Source: Candidatus Levyibacteriota bacterium (GTDB lineage Bacteria; Patescibacteriota; Microgenomatia; Levybacterales; UBA12049). From it: a stretch of DNA of 64,000 bases. Under the pieces are notes generated by a model. That model did no database searches. It saw only the letters and a list, made by a program, of their open reading frames with translations, and was not told where the DNA came from. The translations under genes and the position numbers were made by a program. Below are positions 59,103-64,000 of this stretch, piece after piece. Within the stretch, counting starts at the first letter, position 1. Every line of letters starts with the position of its first letter. The DNA is taken from the NCBI GenBank assembly GCA_016214555.1, contig JACROF010000003.1, positions 64,930-128,929 of the forward strand, given 5' to 3'.

Positions 59103-62100
59103 ATGGACTTATCTGCCCAGTTCAAATCGTTTCTTAGTAAACAGAAGAAGCCTGCTTCAAAGATAACGATTAAAAATTATATAGCTGACCTCAATCAGTT
59201 TGTTCGTTGGTACAAATCTCACTACAACAAGGATTTCCATCCATCGCAATTCACTTCTGAAGTCGTTGAGATCTACAAGACAACTCAAAGCGGTCTTTCT
59301 CCTGAATACAAAAATGCCACCTCCATCTCAGCTCGATCGCTCAAACGACATCTATCAACTCTTCGTAAATTTGCCAGCTTCCTAGTAGTAAAGGGCTATA
59401 TCTCAAGCTCGCCATTAGCTATTAACCATTCGCCATTAGCAAAATCTGACCCGTTCCATCTCAAAGCCTTCAAAGAGCATCTCTATCTCTCCAAATCATC
59501 GGATCTTACTATAAAAAACTATATCAATGACATCAAGCAGCTTTGTCACTGGGCTGGAGAAATAGATGATATCTCTTCATTGATTAATAGCGCCTCACTA
59601 AAAAACTACCGAGAAAATCTTATTGCTAACTCTGGCCTCTCTGAGGCCTCAATACATCGCAAGCTTTCCTCTCTTCGCCGCTATGCGAGATTTATGCAAG
59701 AGAAGAACTTTATCAATGCAAAAGACTTATCTGAATACTTAGACCAGACTCTTACTAGCAAATTGTTAGCAGGAGCAAGATCACTGGAAGAGGCAAAAGA
59801 AAGATTGTCGCCAGGGCAAGATCTAAACAGAACTCAGCAATCAACCATACCTGCTGCTAATCATGACTTGGACACTTCCGCTCTGACCTCAAGTGCTCAG
59901 CTCCCTGAGAAGCCAGTATCTAGTATTTCGTATCAAGTATCTAGCAAAGATACTAATAAATCTCAGCTAAATACTAAATACCAAATACCAAATACTAGAT
60001 ATTCCCGTTTTGCTCCTTTCAGGCTAAGCCAAAAAATTCTCGCCCCTCTTGTTCTCGGATTTGATAATTCAGTCGTATCACTATCGGCAAAGGCACTTGA
60101 AAAAGCTCAATACCTTTCCTGGATAGCCAGAGGAAAGCAGATATTCTCATCTAGTGCTAAAAATGGTTTAGCTGATGCTATTAAAATAAAATCTATCGTT
60201 CCAGGCAATGTCCTTCCCAGCTTACTTCAAAATAACAGTGGATCTTTGCTAAATACTAAATACCAAACTTCAAATGCTAAATACCAAATACTAAATACTA
60301 AATACTCCCCCCTCCATCCTTCCCACCCATCATTTTCTAGTCTTCCGTTCCACCTCCGAGCTCTCGGTCATGCCCGACATACTAGACCAAACTGGTATAA
60401 AAAATATCATTCCTATTCAGTGGTGCATTATTTCCACTTTGCTGCACTTATCATCATGATGTCGGCTCTTGGATTTGGCTTGTACCGCTCGTTTATTGAA
60501 AATCCACAAAAAGAGCAGGCTCTTGCTGCTCCGCCAACAGCACCGCCAAGGCTCCTCTCGTTTCAAGGTCGGCTGACAGACTCAAACGACAACCCTATCA
60601 CAACCGCAAAAGACTTGCGGTTTACGGTTTATAATGACGCCTCTGCTACAGGCGCGGCCCTCCTCTGGCAAGAGACTCAACAGCTCACCCCAGACCAGGA
60701 TGGCATATTTTCTATACTCTTGGGGTCAAGTACTGCCATTCCTTCAACAGTATTTACCGACAACTCAACTCTCTATCTTGGCATCACTGTCCAATCTGAT
60801 AGCGAGCTTACTCCTCGTCAGCAAATTGCGACAGTTGCCTTTGCAGCAAATGCCGAAACCATCCAAGGCCTTCTTCCAAGCACAGGGGCAGGCGCTGGTC
60901 AAACAAATGTAGTCCTTGCTCTTGACTCAAGCGGCAATTTAACAATTGGCGGGACTGCTAACCCTACTTTTTCAGCAACGGGTGGATCATTTACGCTCTC
61001 TGGAAAAACATTAGCGCTCAACACAACAGCTGGCTCAAATGGCAATGTCACTCTTACCCCCGACGGAGTCGGCATCATCCAGCTCAATGCGCCAGTCCAA
61101 AACACAAACACAAATTATCGAAACAACATACCAACTGCTAAAGGTGCTGTTGAGATCGATGATATGTTTGCTGTCTTAGCTACATCCTCAGGTCAATCAG
61201 CATTCACTCTCAACCAAGACAGCACTGGTCCGCTGATTAGCGCTTCAACAAGTGGAGTTGCTAAATTTACCATTGCCAATGATGGCTCTGGCTACTTTGC
61301 AGGATCTGTCGGCATCGGTGATGTTACACCCGATGCTCCTCTTGATGTCGTTGGTGATGTCTATATCAGCGATGGGCTTAGTCTCTATGAAACAGCAGTC
61401 TCAGATGGCACAGTTGAAGCGACCAAATTCTGCACAGGAGATGGTGAGACTAATTGTGTTACAGACTTCTCTGCTCTCGTGTCTGGAAGTAGTTATTGGC
61501 TCAGAAATCTTGGAGCACTCTCTCCTGCAAATGTGACTGATGATTTGCTTCTAGGGGCAAATGCAACCACAAGTGCAATTGTAAAACTTCCAGGCCTTAC
61601 CAACAATAATGCATTCTTTAATCTAGGAACTGGCAATGTTGGAATAGGTACCACAGCACCTGTTGCCAAATTAGACATACGAGGCTCTGGCATCTCCTCC
61701 CCTGTTGCTTCTATCTCAGGACAGACAAATGCTGTAGCTGCATTAGTCGTTGACAACAAAGTTGGAGATCTTTTTGCAGCTTCAAGTTCCGGATTAACAA
61801 GGTTTGTGATCACCCAGGCCGGAAATGTCGGCATCGGCCTTGGGACTATCATGCCCGTACAAGCACTAGACGTTTCAGGCAATGGCATGTTCCGCAATTC
61901 AGGAGATCTTGCCTCTACCTTCAGAGGTATTCATGTTCTTCCTACAACGACAACATCTGGTGGAAGCAACCAAGTAGTGAGAGGGTACTCAACCTCAAAT
62001 GGCTTTGCGCTTGAAGGGGGGAATACAGCCTTTGGCGCAACGCCTGCAACCATTGTCCTAAACGGACCGGGTGGCTACATATCATTTCAAACAAACACAA

Positions 62101-64000
62101 CAAATAGAAATGCTATTGGTGCATCTGAAAAAATGCGTATCACTAGCGATGGCAATATAGGTATTGGCACTACCGCTCCCCTTGCAACACTTCATGTTGC
62201 TAGTATTTCGGCAAAAGCGCTTGTGATCCTAGATCAAAACAACTCAACCCAGGATATTTTCACAGCTTCAGCTGCAGGAGTTACTAAATTTGTGATTAAT
62301 AATGGAGGCAATGTTGGAATTCTTGATAACAGTCCTGATGCGCCACTTGATGTCGTCGGAGATGTATACATAAGTGATGGTTTGAGTCTTTTTGAGACAG
62401 CAGTTAGTGATGGCACAGTAGAAGCGACTCAGTTCTGCACTGGTGATGGAGAAACTAACTGTGTAACAGATTTCTCAGCTCTCGTATCTGGAAGTAGCTA
62501 TTGGCAATTAAACAATAAAGTCCTCTCCCCAGGCAACTCTACCCATGATCTAGCTATTGGCGGCACAGCTACAAGCAGTGCCCTCTTCCAAGTATTTGCA
62601 GTAGGTACGAATGCAGGAACTGCATCTAGTTCAGGTCAACTGACCTTCAGGGGTACTACAGATCCTAAGATTAATATTCTTAATGGAGAGGCATTTGGGA
62701 TTAGCACCTCTGCGGGTGGAGATGCTGGGCTTACTGAGAGATTGACGATCACTAATGATGGTAACGTAGGGATTGGAAGTACCTTGCCTACACAAAAACT
62801 TTTTGTTGATGGAAACATTGGTATCACAGCAGGAGCAGCAAACAGCTTTATTGGAAGTAGTACATTTAATGGTTACAACCCAGCTGACAATGGAGGTAGG
62901 GCTGGAATAAATGCAGCAGCTAGTTTTTATCTCAATCTAGACTCAAATAATGATGGGACGACAGCTTTTTTCCAAATTGCAAAAGACTCTAACTCGCTCT
63001 CAGGCGGAACGCAGCTTTTCACAGTTAATGAGTCTGGAAATGTCGGGATCGGCACAACAACTAATCATGGATTTGTTCACATAAATGGAGGCACACAGGG
63101 AGGAAATGCAGCACTTGTTATCAATCAAACAGGTGCTCAGACAAATGACATCTTCACCGCATCATCATCTGGCGCCACCCGATTTAGTCTTGCAGGCGAT
63201 GGATCAGCCACCCACTCTGCTGTGACAAGCGGTGGATATGCCTATAGACTTACTGCCAACAATCTCACAACCGGAACAGGTATGTATCTTTCCTCAACTA
63301 GCACTGGACTTAGCACAGGTGGACTTCTGGCTCTAGACTGGTCACCAGGGTCTTCAACTGTCGCCACCGGCGATCTTTTGAGTCTCAATGTTGGAGCCAA
63401 TGGAACGTTGGGAAATATCTTTAATGTTAAAGATAATGGATCTAGTGTCTTCTCTGTCTCACAGAGTCAAATCACAGCTGCCCTCCCTACTTCATTTACT
63501 GCAGCTGGAGATACCTCATTTGCCTATGACATCAATTTTACCAATCCAACTGCTTCATACATCAAGAGTGCGGCTCCACTCTATCTCCAGGCTGGAGAAA
63601 CGTTTAACTCATCAGATCTGACATTACAAACATATAATGCAGGCAATGTCATCATTGACTCACAAGCATTTGTTACCAATTACGCAGCCACTGTCTCTGG
63701 CCAGCTGGTTGTCGGCACATCAACAGCTCCTGCCAATATCGGCAATTTCTACCTGACCAACTCAGCTGAATTTGGTAAGTCTCTGGCTATTCTCAATCAG
63801 ACTGAGTCAAACGATATCTTAACAGGTAGCAGTAGCGGTGTATTTAAATTCGTTTTTAACCAAAATGGCAACCTAGGCATCGGCACTTCTCTTCCTGCTG
63901 CTCCTCTGGATGTAGTTGGAGATATATATGGTTCATCTGGTATCTCACTGTATAACACAGCTGTTAGTGATGACACAGTTGAGGCAGTAAGATTTTGCAC
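59103..64000 (+). CDS. Giant (>1630 aa, runs off window) membrane protein: two integrase core-binding (SAM-like) domains, TM, tail-fibre-like repeat region
   Basis: Not in track (no stop). I translated 59103-60580 without stops and the frame is the same at 64000. TIKNY..DL..F..W...S..S.KR.LSTLRKF occurs twice; TM at about 60423-60490; then LSFQGRLTD, G.FS..LG, LYLG.TV..D.E.TPRQ.IA.V.FA.NA and many GNVGIGTT.P repeats. Confidence 0.85.
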   Translation, partial: MDLSAQFKSFLSKQKKPASKITIKNYIADLNQFVRWYKSHYNKDFHPSQFTSEVVEIYKTTQSGLSPEYKNATSISARSLKRHLSTLRKFASFLVVKGYISSSPLAINHSPLAKSDPFHLKAFKEHLYLSKSSDLTIKNYINDIKQLCHWAGEIDDISSLINSASLKNYRENLIANSGLSEASIHRKLSSLRRYARFMQEKNFINAKDLSEYLDQTLTSKLLAGARSLEEAKERLSPGQDLNRTQQSTIPAANHDLDTSALTSSAQLPEKPVSSISYQVSSKDTNKSQLNTKYQIPNTRYSRFAPFRLSQKILAPLVLGFDNSVVSLSAKALEKAQYLSWIARGKQIFSSSAKNGLADAIKIKSIVPGNVLPSLLQNNSGSLLNTKYQTSNAKYQILNTKYSPLHPSHPSFSSLPFHLRALGHARHTRPNWYKKYHSYSVVHYFHFAALIIMMSALGFGLYRSFIENPQKEQALAAPPTAPPRLLSFQGRLTDSNDNPITTAKDLRFTVYNDASATGAALLWQETQQLTPDQDGIFSILLGSSTAIPSTVFTDNSTLYLGITVQSDSELTPRQQIATVAFAANAETIQGLLPSTGAGAGQTNVVLALDSSGNLTIGGTANPTFSATGGSFTLSGKTLALNTTAGSNGNVTLTPDGVGIIQLNAPVQNTNTNYRNNIPTAKGAVEIDDMFAVLATSSGQSAFTLNQDSTGPLISASTSGVAKFTIANDGSGYFAGSVGIGDVTPDAPLDVVGDVYISDGLSLYETAVSDGTVEATKFCTGDGETNCVTDFSALVSGSSYWLRNLGALSPANVTDDLLLGANATTSAIVKLPGLTNNNAFFNLGTGNVGIGTTAPVAKLDIRGSGISSPVASISGQTNAVAALVVDNKVGDLFAASSSGLTRFVITQAGNVGIGLGTIMPVQALDVSGNGMFRNSGDLASTFRGIHVLPTTTTSGGSNQVVRGYSTSNGFALEGGNTAFGATPATIVLNGPGGYISFQTNTTNRNAIGASEKMRITSDGNIGIGTTAPLATLHVASISAKALVILDQNNSTQDIFTASAAGVTKFVINNGGNVGILDNSPDAPLDVVGDVYISDGLSLFETAVSDGTVEATQFCTGDGETNCVTDFSALVSGSSYWQLNNKVLSPGNSTHDLAIGGTATSSALFQVFAVGTNAGTASSSGQLTFRGTTDPKINILNGEAFGISTSAGGDAGLTERLTITNDGNVGIGSTLPTQKLFVDGNIGITAGAANSFIGSSTFNGYNPADNGGRAGINAAASFYLNLDSNNDGTTAFFQIAKDSNSLSGGTQLFTVNESGNVGIGTTTNHGFVHINGGTQGGNAALVINQTGAQTNDIFTASSSGATRFSLAGDGSATHSAVTSGGYAYRLTANNLTTGTGMYLSSTSTGLSTGGLLALDWSPGSSTVATGDLLSLNVGANGTLGNIFNVKDNGSSVFSVSQSQITAALPTSFTAAGDTSFAYDINFTNPTASYIKSAAPLYLQAGETFNSSDLTLQTYNAGNVIIDSQAFVTNYAATVSGQLVVGTSTAPANIGNFYLTNSAEFGKSLAILNQTESNDILTGSSSGVFKFVFNQNGNLGIGTSLPAAPLDVVGDIYGSSGISLYNTAVSDDTVEAVRFC
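61330..64000 (+). repeat. Long internal coding repeat, 3 copies (about 61330-61500, 62335-62505, 63898 to the end)
   Basis: PDAPLDVVGDVYISDGLSL(Y/F)ETAVSDGTVEAT(K/Q)FCTGDGETNCVTDFSALVSGSSYW occurs twice; the third copy is diverged. Confidence 0.85.

Noticed and set aside
59103-59720. Functional XerC/XerD or phage integrase
   Set aside because: Only core-binding domains are present; the frame continues into a TM and fibre repeats with no catalytic domain.
1-64000. CRISPR array or integron attC array
   Set aside because: No regularly spaced identical repeats, cas genes or intI. Orphan cassettes carry their own promoters and terminators and lack attC-like ends.
59200-64000. Short track ORFs within the last 5 kb
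   Set aside because: Off-frame or antisense shadows of the giant ORF starting at 59103.

Overview
64-kb bacterial chromosomal segment in standard code 11. The gene set and style (leuS, argS, ndk, mreB, split comEC plus comEA, sortase, PEGA protein, many apparently leaderless genes and orphan ORFs) suggest Patescibacteria/CPR, probably Microgenomates; this is inference only. The window has five blocks. (1) 1-24 kb is a surface-structure island: a GT41 (OGT/SPINDLY-like) TPR glycosyltransferase, a GNAT and a DegT aminotransferase; four large signal-less Ser/Thr/Gly-rich proteins built from phage-virion-like modules; an HK/RR pair; a Tat locus with tatC and three tatA genes (the tatA genes are missing from the ORF track); a PrsW-like protease; and a 981-aa membrane protein with SH3b domains. 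(2) 24-31 kb has a candidate structured ncRNA, an HTH+PIN pair, SPS/MfpsA-like and SPP-like sugar-phosphate enzymes, a TagA/WecG glycosyltransferase and mreB. (3) 31-52 kb has housekeeping genes and tRNA-Arg(CCT), interleaved with about 10 self-contained orphan cassettes sharing a promoter-hairpin-boxA-like-SD-ORF-terminator layout; argS is broken by an internal deletion. (4) 52-58 kb is a WxL/DUF916-like surface operon. (5) 59.1 kb to the end is a giant ORF missing from the track, with two integrase core-binding domains, a TM helix and a long tail-fibre-like repeat region. About 16 degenerate 7-nt repeat arrays, many as inverted pairs, occur across the window, including in frame inside genes. 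All family assignments come from reading motifs by eye; no searches were run.
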